A stretch of 64,000 nucleotides of DNA from Eledone cirrhosa (taxonomy: Eukaryota): the NCBI GenBank assembly GCA_964016885.1, contig OZ024741.1:384772001-384836000 (forward strand). Direction: 5' to 3'. This document shows positions 48,301-60,170 of this stretch, one piece after another. A program made the translations under genes and the position numbers. Position 1 is the first letter of the stretch. Each line of letters starts with the position of its first letter. A model generated the notes under the pieces. That model worked only from the letters and a program-made list of their open reading frames with translations. It made no database searches and was not told the origin of the DNA.

Positions 48301-51300
48301 GACCACAGTATCAATGTATTGTCCACTACAGTGACCACAGTATCAATGTATTGTCCATTACACTGACCACAGTTTCAATGTATTGACCACTACAGTGACC
48401 ACAGTATCAATGTATTGTCCACTACAGTGACCACAGTATCAATGTATTGTCCACTACAGTGACCACAGTATCAATGTATTGACCACTACAGTGACAAGAG
48501 TATGAATGTATTGTCCACTACACTGACCACAGTATCAATATATTGTCCACTACACTGACCACAGTATCAATATATTGTCCACTACAGTGAACACAGTATC
48601 AATGTATTGTCCACTACACTGACCACAGTATCAATATATTGTCCACTACACTGACCACAGTATCAATATATTATCCACTACAGTGACCAGAGTATCAATG
48701 TATTGTCCACTACACTGACCACAGTATCAATGTATTGTCCACTACACTGACCATAGTATCAATGTATTGTCCACTACAGTGACCACAGTATCAATGTATT
48801 GTCCACTACACTGACCACAGTATCAATATATTGTCCACTACACTGACCACAGTATCAATATATTGTCCACTACAGTGACCACAGTATCAATGTATTGTCC
48901 ACTACACTGACCACAGTATCAATGTATTGTCCACTACACTGACCATAGTATCAATGTATTGTCCACTACAGTGACCACAGTATCAATGTATTGTCCACTA
49001 CAGTGACCACAGTATCAATGTATTGTCCACTACACTGACCATAGTATCAATGTATTGTCCACTACAGTGACCACAGTATCAATGTATTGTCCACTACACT
49101 GACCACAGTATCAATGTATTGTCCACTACACTGCCCACAGTATCAATGTATTGTCCACTACAGTGACCACAGTATCAATGTATTGTCCACTACACTGACC
49201 ACAGTATCAATGTATTGTCCACTACAGTGACCACAGTATCAATATATTGTCCACTACACTGACCACAGTATCAATGTATTGACCACTACACTGACCACAG
49301 TATCAATGTATTGTCCACTACACTGACCACAGTATCAATGTATTGTCCACTACACTGACCACAGTATCAATGTATTGTCCACTACAGTGACCACAGTATC
49401 AATGTATTGTCCAGTACACTGACCAGAGTATCAATGTATTGTCCACTACAGTGACCACAGTATCAATGTATCGTCCACTACACTGACCACAGTATCAATG
49501 TATTGACCACTACAGTGACCACAGTATCAATGTATTGTCCACTACAGTGACCACAGTATCAATGTATTGTCCACTACAGTGACCACAGTATCAATGTATT
49601 GTCCACTACACTGACCACAGTATCAATGTATTGACCACTACACTGACCACAGTATCTATGTATTGTCCACTACAGTGACCACAGTATCAATGTATTGTCC
49701 ACTACAGTGACCACAGTATCAATGTATTGTCCACTACAGTGACCACAGTATCAATGTATTGTCCACTACAGTGACCACAGTATCAATGTATTGTCCACTA
49801 CAGTGACCACAGTATCAATGTATTGTCCACTACAGTGACCACAGTATCAATGTATTGTCCATTACACTGACCACAGTATCAATGTATTGACCACTACAGT
49901 GACCACAGTATCAATGTATTGTCCACTACACTGACCACAGTATCAATGTATTGTCCACTACAGTGACTACAGTATCAATGTATTGTCCATTACACTGACC
50001 ACTGTATCAATGTATTGACCACTACAGTGACTACAGTATCAATGTATTGACCACTACAGTGACCACAGTATCAATGTATTGACCACTACAGTGACCACAG
50101 TATCAATGTATTGTCCACTACACTGACAACAGTATCAATGTATTGTCCACTACAGTGACCACAGTATCAATGTATTGACCACTACAGTGACCACAGTATC
50201 AATGTATTGTCCACTACACTGACCACAGTATCAATGTATTGTCCACTACACTGACCACAGTATCAATGTATTGTCCACTACACTGACCACAGTATCAATG
50301 TATTGTCCACTGCAGAGACCACAGTATCAATGTATTGTCCACTACAGTGACCACAGTATCAATGTATTGTCCATTACACTGACCACAGTATCAATGTATT
50401 GTCCACTACACTGACCACAGTATCAATGTATTGTCCACTACACTAACCACAGTATCAATGTATTGACCACTACAGTGACCACAGTATCAATGTATTGTCC
50501 ACTACACTGACCACAGTATCAATGTATTGTCCACTACACTGACCACAGTATCAATGTATTGTCCACTACAGTGACCACAGTATCAATATATTGACCACTA
50601 CAGTGACCACATTATCAATGTATTGTACACTACACTGACCACAGTATCAATGTATTGTCCACTACACTGACCACAGTATCAATGTATTGTCCACTACAGA
50701 GACTATAGTATCAATGTATTGACCACTACAGAGACCACAGTATCAATGTATTGTCCACTACAGTGACCACAGTATCAATGTATTGTCCACTACACTGACC
50801 ACAGTATCAATGTATTGTCCACTACAGTGACCACAGTATCAATGTATTGTCCACTACAGTGACCACAGTATCAATGTATTGTCCACTACAGTGACCACAG
50901 TATCAATGTATTGTCCACTACACTGACCACAGTATCAATGTATTGACCACTACAGTGACCACAGTATCAATGTATTGTCAAGTACAGTGACCACAGTATC
51001 AATGTATTGTCCACTACAGTGACCACAGTATCAATGTATTGTCCACTACACTGACCACAGTATCAATGTATTGACCACTACAGTGACCACAGTATCAATG
51101 TATTGTCCACTACACTGACCACAGTATGAATGTATTGTCCACTACACTGACCACAGTATCAATGTATTGTCCACTACAGTGACCACAGTATCAATGTATT
51201 GTCCATTACACTGACCACAGTTTCAATGTATTGACCACTACAGTGACCACAGTATCAATGTATTGTCCACTACAGTGACCACAGTATCAATGTATTGTCC

Positions 51301-52107
51301 ACTACAGTGACCACAGTATCAATGTATTGACCACTACACTGACTACAGTATCAATGTATTGTCCACTACACTGACCACAGTATCAATATATTGACCACTA
51401 CAGTGACCACAGTATCAATATATTGACCACAACACTGACCACAGTATATATGTATTGACCACTACACTGATCACAGTATCAATGTATTGTCCACTACACT
51501 GACCACAGTATCAATGTATTGTCCAATACACTGACCACAGTATCAATATATTGTCCACTACAGTGACAAGAGTATCAATGTATTGTCCACTACACTGACC
51601 ACAGTATCAATATATTGTCCACTACACTGACCACAGTATCAATATATTGTCCACTACAGTGAACACAGTATCAATGTATTGTCCACTACACTGACCACAG
51701 TATCAATATATTGTCCACTACACTGACCACAGTATCAATATATTATCCACTACAGTGACCAGAGTATCAATGTACTGTCCACTACACTGACCACAGTATC
51801 AATGTATTGTCCACTACACTGCCCACAGTATCAATGTATTGTCCACTACAGTGACCACAGTATCAATGTATTGTCCACTACACTGACCAGAGTATCAATG
51901 TATTGTCCACTACAGTGACCACAGTATCAATGTATTGTCCACTACACTGACCACAGTATCAATGTATTGACCACTACAGTGACCACAGTACCAATGTATT
52001 GTCCACTACAGTGACCACAGTATCAATGTATTGTCCACTACACTGACCATAGTATCAATGTATTGTCCACTACAGTGACCACAGTATCAATGTATTGTCC
52101 ACTACAC

Positions 52108-52154
52108 TACATTGATACTCTGGTCACTGTAGTGGACAATACATTGATACTGTG
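52108..52154 (-). repeat. 47-bp inverted satellite fragment, copy 4
   Basis: Same sequence and junctions as copy 1. Confidence 0.97.
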
Positions 52155-54269
52155 TCCACTACGGTCCATTACACTGACCACTGTATCAATGTATTGACCA
52201 CTACAGTGACTACAGTATCAATGTATTGACCACTACAGTGACCACAGTATCAATGTATTGACCACTACAGTGACCACAGTATCAATGTATTGTCCACTAC
52301 ACTGACCACAGTATCAATGTATTGTCCACTACACTGACCACAGTATCAATGTATTGTCCACTACACTGACTACAGTATCAATGTATTGTCCACTACAGAG
52401 ACCATAGTATCAATGTATTGACCACTACAGAGACCACAGTATCAATGTATTGTCCACTACAGTGACCACAGTATCAATGTATTGTCCATTACACTGACCA
52501 CAGTATCAATGTATTGACCACTACAGTGACCACAGTATCAATGTATTGTCCACTACAGTGACCACAGTATCAATGTATTGTCCACTACACTGACCACAGT
52601 ATCAATATATTCTCCACTATAGTGACCACAGTATCAATGTATTGTCCACTACACTGACCACATTATGAATGTATTGTCCACTACAGTGACCACAGTATCA
52701 ATGTATTGTCCACTACACTGACCACAGTATCTATATATTGACCACTACAGTGACCACAGTATCAATGTATTGACCACTACAGTGACCACAGTATCAATAT
52801 ATTGTCCACTACACTGACCACATTATCAATGTATTGTCCACTACACTGACCACAGTATCAATGTATTGTCCACTACACTGACCACAGTATCAATATATTG
52901 TCCACTACACTGACCACAGTATCAATGTATTGTCCACTACACTGACCACAGTATCAATGTATTGTCCACTACACTGACCACAGTATCATTATATTGTCCA
53001 CTACACTGACCACAGTATCAATGTATTGTCCACTACAGAGACCACAGTATCAATGTATTGTCCACTACAGTGACCACAGTATCAATGTATTGTCCACTAC
53101 AGTGACCACAGTATTAATATATTGTCCACTACACTGACCACAGTATCAATGTATTGTCCACTACACTGACCACAGTATCAATGTATTGTCCACTACAGTG
53201 ACCACAGTATCAATGTATTGACCACTACATTGACCACAGTATCAATATATTGTCCACAACACTGACCACAGTATCAATGTATTGTCCACTACAGAGACCA
53301 CAGTATCAATGTATTGTCCACTACACTGACCACAGTATCAATGTATTGTCCACTACAGTGACCACAGTATCAATGTATTGACCACTACAGTGACCACAGT
53401 ATCAATATATTGTCCACTACACTGACCACAGTATCAATGTATTGTCCACTACAGAGACCACAGTATCAATGTATTGTCCACTACAGTGACCACTGTATCA
53501 ATGTATTGTCCACTACAGTGACCAGAGTATCAATGTATTGTCCACTACACTGACCACAGTATCAATGTATTGTCCACTACACTGACCATAGTATCAATGT
53601 ATTGTCCACTACAGTGACCACAGTATCAATGTATTGTCCACTACAGTGACCACAATATCAATGTATTGTCCACTACACTGACCATAGTATCAATGTATTG
53701 TCCACTACAGTGACCACAGTATCAATGTATTGTCCACTACATTGACCACAGTATCAATGTATTGTCCACTACACTGCCCACAGTATCAATGTATTGTCCA
53801 CTACAGTGACCACAGTATCAATGTATTGTCCACTACACTGACCACAGTATCAATGTGTTGACCACTACAGTGACCACAGTATCAATATATTGTCCACTAC
53901 ACTGACCACAGTATCAATGTATTGACCACTACACTGACCACAGTATCAATGTATTGTCCACTACACTGACCACAGTATCAATGTATTGTCCACTACACTG
54001 ACCACAGTATCAATGTATTGTCCACTGCAGTGACCACAGTATCAATGTATTGTCCACTACACTGACCAGAGTATCAATGTATTGTCCACTACACTGACCA
54101 CAGTATCAATGTATTGTCCACTGCAGAGACCACAGTATCAATGTATTGTCCACTACACTGACCAGAGTATCAATGTATTGTCCACTACAGTGACCACAGT
54201 ATCAATGTATTGTCCACTACACTGACCACAGTATCAATGTATTGACCACTACAGTGACCACAGTATCAA

Positions 54270-56900
54270 TGTATTGTCCACTACAGTGACCACAGTATCA
54301 ATGTATTGTCCACTACAGTGACCACAGTATCAATGTATTGTCCACTACAGAGACCATAGTATCAATGCATTGACCACTACAGAGACCACAGTATCAATGT
54401 ATTGTCCACTACAGTGACCACAGTATCAATGTATTGTCCACTACACTGACCACAGTATCACTGTATTGTCCACTACACTGACCACAGTATCAATGTATTG
54501 TCCACTACAGAGACCATAGTATCAATGCATTGACCACTACAGAGACCACAGTATCAATGTATTGTCCACTACAGTGACCACAGCATCAATGTATTGTCCA
54601 CTACAGTGACCACAGTATCAATGTATTGACCACTACAGTGACCACATTATCAATGTATTGTCCACTACACTGACCACAGTATCAATGTATTGTCCACTAC
54701 ACTGACCACAGTATCAATGTATTGTCCACTACAGAGACCATAGTATCAATGCATTGACCACTACAGAGACCACAGTATCAATGTATTGTCCACTACAGTG
54801 ACCACAGTATCAATGTATTGTCCACTACACTGACCACAGTATCACTGTATTGTCCACTACACTGACCACAGTATCAATGTATTGTCCACTACACTGACCA
54901 CAGTATCAATGTATTGTCCACTACAGTGACCACAGTATCAATGTATTGTCCACTACAGTGACCACAGTATCAATGTATTGTCCACTACAGTGACCACAGT
55001 ATCAATGTATTGTCCACTACACTGACCACAGTATCAATGTATTGACCACTACAGTGACCACAGTATCAATGCATTGTCCAGTACAGTGACCACAGTATCA
55101 ATGTATTGTCCACTACACTGACCACAGTATCAATGTATTGTCCATTACACTGACCACAGTATCAATGTATTGACCACTACAGTGACCACAGTATCAATGT
55201 ATTGTCCACTACAGTGACCACAGTATCAATGTATTGTCCACTACACTGACCACAGTATCAATATATTCTACACTATAGTGACCACAGTATCAATGTATTG
55301 TTCACTACACTGACCACAATATCAATATATTGTCCACTACACTGACCACATTATCAATGTATTGTCCACTACAGTGACCACAGTATCAATGTATTGACCA
55401 CTACAGTGACCACAGTATCAATATATTGTCCACTACACTGACCACAGTATCAATGTATTGTCCACTACACTGACCACAGTATCAATGTATTGTCCACTAC
55501 ACTGACCACAGTATCATTATATTGTCCACTACACTGACCACAGTATCAATGTATTGTCCACTACAGAGACCACAGTATCAATGTATTGTCCACTACAGTG
55601 ACCACAGTATCAATGTATTGTCCACTACAGTGACCACAGTATCAATGTATTGTCCACTACAGAGACCATAGTATCAATGCATTGACCACTACAGAGACCA
55701 CAGTATCAATGTATTGTCCACTACAGTGACCACAGTATCAATGTATTGTCCACTACACTGACCACAGTATCACTGTATTGTCCACTACACTGACCACAGT
55801 ATCAATGTATTGTCCACTACAGAGACCATAGTATCAATGCATTGACCACTACAGAGACCACAGTATCAATGTATTGTCCACTACAGTGACCACAGCATCA
55901 ATGTATTGTCCACTACAGTGACCACAGTATCAATGTATTGACCACTACAGTGACCACATTATCAATGTATTGTCCACTACACTGACCACAGTATCAATGT
56001 ATTGTCCACTACACTGACCACAGTATCAATGTATTGTCCACTACAGAGACCATAGTATCAATGCATTGACCACTACAGAGACCACAGTATCAATGTATTG
56101 TCCACTACAGTGACCACAGTATCAATGTATTGTCCACTACACTGACCACAGTATCACTGTATTGTCCACTACACTGACCACAGTATCAATGTATTGTCCA
56201 CTACACTGACCACAGTATCAATGTATTGTCCACTACAGTGACCACAGTATCAATGTATTGTCCACTACAGTGACCACAGTATCAATGTATTGTCCACTAC
56301 AGTGACCACAGTATCAATGTATTGTCCACTACACTGACCACAGTATCAATGTATTGACCACTACAGTGACCACAGTATCAATGCATTGTCCAGTACAGTG
56401 ACCACAGTATCAATGTATTGTCCACTACACTGACCACAGTATCAATGTATTGTCCATTACACTGACCACAGTATCAATGTATTGACCACTACAGTGACCA
56501 CAGTATCAATGTATTGTCCACTACAGTGACCACAGTATCAATGTATTGTCCACTACACTGACCACAGTATCAATATATTCTACACTATAGTGACCACAGT
56601 ATCAATGTATTGTTCACTACACTGACCACAATATCAATATATTGTCCACTACACTGACCACATTATCAATGTATTGTCCACTACAGTGACCACAGTATCA
56701 ATGTATTGACCACTACAGTGACCACAGTATCAATATATTGTCCACTACACTGACCACAGTATCAATGTATTGTCCACTACACTGACCACAGTATCAATGT
56801 ATTGTCCACTACACTGACCACAGTATCATTATATTGTCCACTACACTGACCACAGTATCAATGTATTGTCCACTACAGAGACCACAGTATCAATGTATTG
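54270..56900. repeat. Tandem duplication of a 1312-bp (41-monomer) block near the array end; boundaries approximate
   Basis: aatgcattgac at 54364/55676 and atatattctacactatag at 55261/56573, both at offset 1312. Confidence 0.88.
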
Positions 56901-57419
56901 TCCACTACAGTGACCACAGTATCAATGTATTGTCCACTACAGTGACCACAGTATCAATATATTGTCCACTACACTGACCACAGTATCAATGTATTGTCCA
57001 CTACACTGACCACAGTATCAATGTATTGTCCACTACAGTGACCACAGTATCAATGTATTGACCACTACAGTGACCACAGTATCAATATATTGTCCACTAC
57101 ACTGACCACAGTATCAATGTATTGTCCACTACAGTGACCACAGTATCAATGTATTGTCCACTACACTGACCACAGTATCAATGTATTGTCCACTACACTG
57201 ACCACAGTATCAATGTATTGTCCACTACAGAGACCACAGTATCAATGTATTGTCCACTACACTGACCACAGTATCATTATATTGTCCACTACACTGACCA
57301 CAGTATCAATATATTGACCACTACAGTGACCACAGTATCAATGTATTGTCCACTACACTGACCACAGTATCATTATATTGTCCACTACACTGACCACAGT
57401 ATCAATATATTGACCACTA

Positions 57420-57575
57420 GCCAACCTTCCTTCCAGGCATAACCTACTCATACCACGTGTTGATCTTTTTATATGACCATATAGTTTGAGTATTCTTGAC
57501 TTGACAATTGATGTAATTGGTTTAAGTTTGTTAATGTTGAGCAGCTCACTGATACAGATACGGTCGCTGAGCCGC
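57420..57575 (-). mobile_element. Fragment resembling the C-terminal region of an RTE-clade non-LTR retrotransposon (LINE) ORF
   Basis: Translation DRICISELLNINKLKPITSIVKSRILKLYGHIKRSTRGMSRLCLEGRL resembles the post-RT RTE pattern DRI.N.E.........I...I..RRLRW.GH..R........LEG. Recognised from memory, not searched. Confidence 0.65.
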
Positions 57576-58090
57576 TTGCTAGTCATAAGTCTAATGATGT
57601 ACTTTGGTATATATTTAACGTTATATCCTCTATTTTAACATTATCCCACCTTTTGTACTGAGCTGTCTAATCTCTTATGCCGGGTAGTCTACTCCACCCC
57701 TTATTAGAACTGTATCCTTTTAGTTTGAACACTTGATTTCTAACTTTGAACATTCTAGCCGTGTACATGTGACAGATCCCCCAACCTCTCTATCCCTATC
57801 TATGTTGAGCTCTGTATAATCATCTGCCCCAATGTTATTCTAACTTTTCTTTCTTGATATTTAGACGTTGGCAGTATATGAAAATATCCTCCACAAGTCT
57901 GATTGACGTATTTATTTATCGATTTCTTCATAATGGAAGATTGCAGGAAGAACATGCCTTTTAGGTGTTTTAATTGGTGAATTTGATTTTCGAAATTCTT
58001 ATTAGTAATAGAAGTAATAAAAAATAGATACATTGAATTTAAAGAAAAAAATGCATTCAATTATAAATAAAAACAAAATAACGACGATGA

Positions 58091-58112
58091 CAACAACAAC
58101 AACAACAACAAC
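58091..58112. repeat. (CAA)n microsatellite
   Basis: Directly visible. Confidence 0.95.
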
Positions 58113-58460
58113 GACAATAACAAAATATTATATTTATAAACTTAACATGGCTGCCTTCCTTGACAAATGAGAATATAACTTTTATTTTTATTTTTACATT
58201 TATGTATGACTATCATTAATGTTTGGGCGGAAAAATCTAAAAATATTACCAGACTTCGTAAATTAATTGGTGCTTGGCATTGAGAAGATAAAAAAAAAAT
58301 ACCACGAACATTAATTATCTCTCTTCCTTAACCCACATTGATCTTTCCGTCTGCATTTTCTTACCCCCGCCCCGCATCTATGCGTGTTTCTGTAGCTGCA
58401 TTTATCTAACTTTGCATTAATAATTCATTCACGTTAACCTCATCGTCAATAAGAGAAATG

Positions 58461-58607
58461 CTACTACCACCACCAACACCACCATCAGCACCACCAGCAC
58501 CACCAGAAACTCCACCAACACCACCAGAAACTCAATCTCCACCACCACCACCACCACCACCAGCAACCCTATCTCCACCATCAACATCACCAGCAGCAAC
58601 TCCATCT
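58461..58607. repeat. Degenerate (CAC/CAG/CAA)n low-complexity tract
   Basis: Runs of accaccacc with variants; this produces the spurious poly-Val ORF at 58429-58617. Confidence 0.9.
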
Positions 58608-59298
58608 CCGTGGTCATTTTAATCTCCGTTTAACCATGCTGTCATCTGTTATACACATCAATTCACTAGATTCCTATTTCGTGCTGTCATTATTCTTATT
58701 TCCTATAAACCCCTGTTTACTGAGATCTTAACCTACCACCTTATTTCATGTTTCTTTGGATAACCAGTATGTCTGCACTACTTTCTCTTCTAATATTCAA
58801 CATATAATCGCTGCAGATGACAGACAAGTATACTTCCTCATTTTATTTCTATAAATAATATGGATAAAATTTTGTCTCTCTGGTCAAATAGACACACTAG
58901 GTAGATATACATTCTTTTGTTATATTTGGAGATAAGATTCCATGTCACCTTCAGAAATGTTAGTTAAATTTTTCTTAGAGAATCAGATATGCACGCAATA
59001 ACAGATATATGCATTTTCATTTCAATTGGGAGAAAATGATAAAACTCATCTATTTCATATTTTGCTTTAGTATTATGGAAGGAAAACTTTAAACTTCATC
59101 ACACTATTGAGTGACCTCGAGGTCTGAAAAATGAAAATTGATTTCAGAAAGATTTATCTACTTTATTACTGATGTTTGCTCGATTGATCTAAGGCGCATG
59201 CTCGTGAACATGCGTCTATGTGTACAACCAAGTATTTTTTATATTAATTTACAGTGTGCATTCTCTGTCTCATTGAATAAACGAACTGATGTACAATC

Positions 59299-59301
<3 letters not shown>

Positions 59302-59393
<92 letters not shown>
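59302..59393. repeat. (TA)n microsatellite
   Basis: Directly visible. Confidence 0.98.
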
Positions 59394-59396
<3 letters not shown>

Positions 59397-59472
59397 AGTG
59401 CAAATTTATACGGGAACAAAACAGAGAAGCAGACAAATAAAGGTTTATTAGATTCACGCTTTTCTTTTGAGA

Positions 59473-59475
<3 letters not shown>

Positions 59476-59513
<38 letters not shown>
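59476..59513. repeat. (TA)n microsatellite
   Basis: Directly visible. Confidence 0.98.
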
Positions 59514-59516
<3 letters not shown>

Positions 59517-59663
59517 GGCTGAATACAATAAATGTAATCTGAGTTTTTCGAATATTAATAATAATAATATTCGATTCGTTTGCAATTATACAAACAGCCT
59601 TTTTAAAGCTATGTCAGTAGAATGACTCCGTCATTCTTGCTGTTGTGTTGGCATGTAAACAGA

Positions 59664-59710
59664 ACTGCAGACACTAATGTTTCTGGATGGTTACCCTTCA
59701 TCAGTACAGT
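59664..59710 (-). ncRNA. Minimal type I hammerhead ribozyme (near-intact)
   Basis: Minus strand reads ACTGTA-CTGATGA-A-GGGT-AACC-ATCC-A-GAAAC-ATTAGT-GTC-TGCAGT. Stem I is ACTGTA/TGCAGT, cores are CUGAUGA and GAAA, stem II is GGGT/ATCC, stem III is short and near-palindromic, and the cleavage triplet is GUC. There is an A.A mismatch at the base of stem II. Confidence 0.72.
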
Positions 59711-59794
59711 ATACTGTATTCAGCCATGTAGAGCGATAAACTATTTGTTTGTTATTTGAATATAGCAAAGCCGGCCATTAATCGACCGGCCTAT

Positions 59795-59887
59795 CTGCTG
59801 ATATGCAAATCTGGCTGATCAGTGGGTCTGCTATTATGCAGATCTGACTGATCAGGCAGCTGTTAATATGCAAATCAGGCTGATCAG
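59795..59887 (+). promoter_or_regulatory. Three tandem 32-33-bp-period repeats, each with an octamer (POU-type) motif and the palindrome CTGATCAG; regulatory function is inferred only
   Basis: ctgctgatATGCAAATctggCTGATCAG / ctgctattATGCAGATctgaCTGATCAG / ctgttaatATGCAAATcaggCTGATCAG, with octamers at 59803, 59836 and 59868. Confidence 0.5.
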
Positions 59888-59953
59888 TCACTGTATATTC
59901 TAGAAAATATCATATATTTTCACTAGCTCTGACAGTTGGCAGGTAAGCAGTAT

Positions 59954-60000
59954 ACTGTACTGATGAAGGGTGATCCCCCAGAAGCATTAGTATCTGCAGT
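59954..60000 (+). ncRNA. Degenerate second hammerhead ribozyme copy, probably inactive
   Basis: ACTGTA-CTGATGA-AGGGTGATCCCCCA-GAAGC-ATTAGT-ATC-TGCAGT has GAAA changed to GAAG and GTC changed to ATC relative to the left copy. Confidence 0.6.
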
Positions 60001-60132
60001 TCTGTTTACATGCTAACACAAGAGCAAGAATGATGGAGTCATTCTACTGACATGACTTTAAAGAGGCTGTTTGCATAATTGCAAACGAATCGAATATTAT
60101 TATTAATATTCGAAAAACTTAGATTGCATTTA

Positions 60133-60170
60133 GATACATAAGAATATTAAGATATATAAGAATATTAAGA
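60133..60170. repeat. 18-bp tandem direct repeat abutting the fold-back element
   Basis: gatacataagaatattaa followed by gatatataagaatattaa. Confidence 0.8.

Larger units (their letters stand above)
1..57419. repeat. 32-bp tandem satellite array (~1,790 monomers), consensus CCACTACA[G/C]TGACCACAGTATCAATGTATTGT; open at the left edge
   Basis: Continuous 32-bp periodicity from base 1 to ...atcaatatattgaccacta at 57419. Units differ mostly by 0-3 substitutions, and the ORF track shows nothing inside the array apart from the junction ORF. Confidence 0.99.
59529..60132. mobile_element. Fold-back element with ~186-bp inverted arms (59529-59716 and 59948-60132); probably inverted Penelope-like pseudo-LTRs, alternatively a MITE
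   Basis: The left arm reverse complement aligns to the right arm with about 15 substitutions and one 3-bp indel by eye (~92%). Each arm carries a hammerhead motif, and TA lies at both outer ends. Confidence 0.8.

Noticed and set aside
1-57419. CRISPR array (32-bp period, partial palindromes)
   Set aside because: Units are head-to-tail with no unique spacers, there are no cas genes, and the context is eukaryotic.
1-57419. Repeat-protein CDS or ribozyme-bearing satellite
   Set aside because: The 32-bp period shifts frame and stop codons recur, so no long ORF exists. The monomer lacks the CUGANGA plus GAAA hammerhead core.
1-57419. G/C dimorphism as an information-bearing code
   Set aside because: The pattern is adequately explained by nested block duplications.
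57660-58060. Possible CR1/L2 remnant (minus-strand ...KGWSRLP) and the 86-aa ORF
   Set aside because: Only a few residues resemble the motif; the ORF is AT-rich with no recognisable domain.
59192-59217. Hairpin aggcgcatg-ctcgtgaa-catgcgtct
   Set aside because: It is an isolated short stem with no supporting context.
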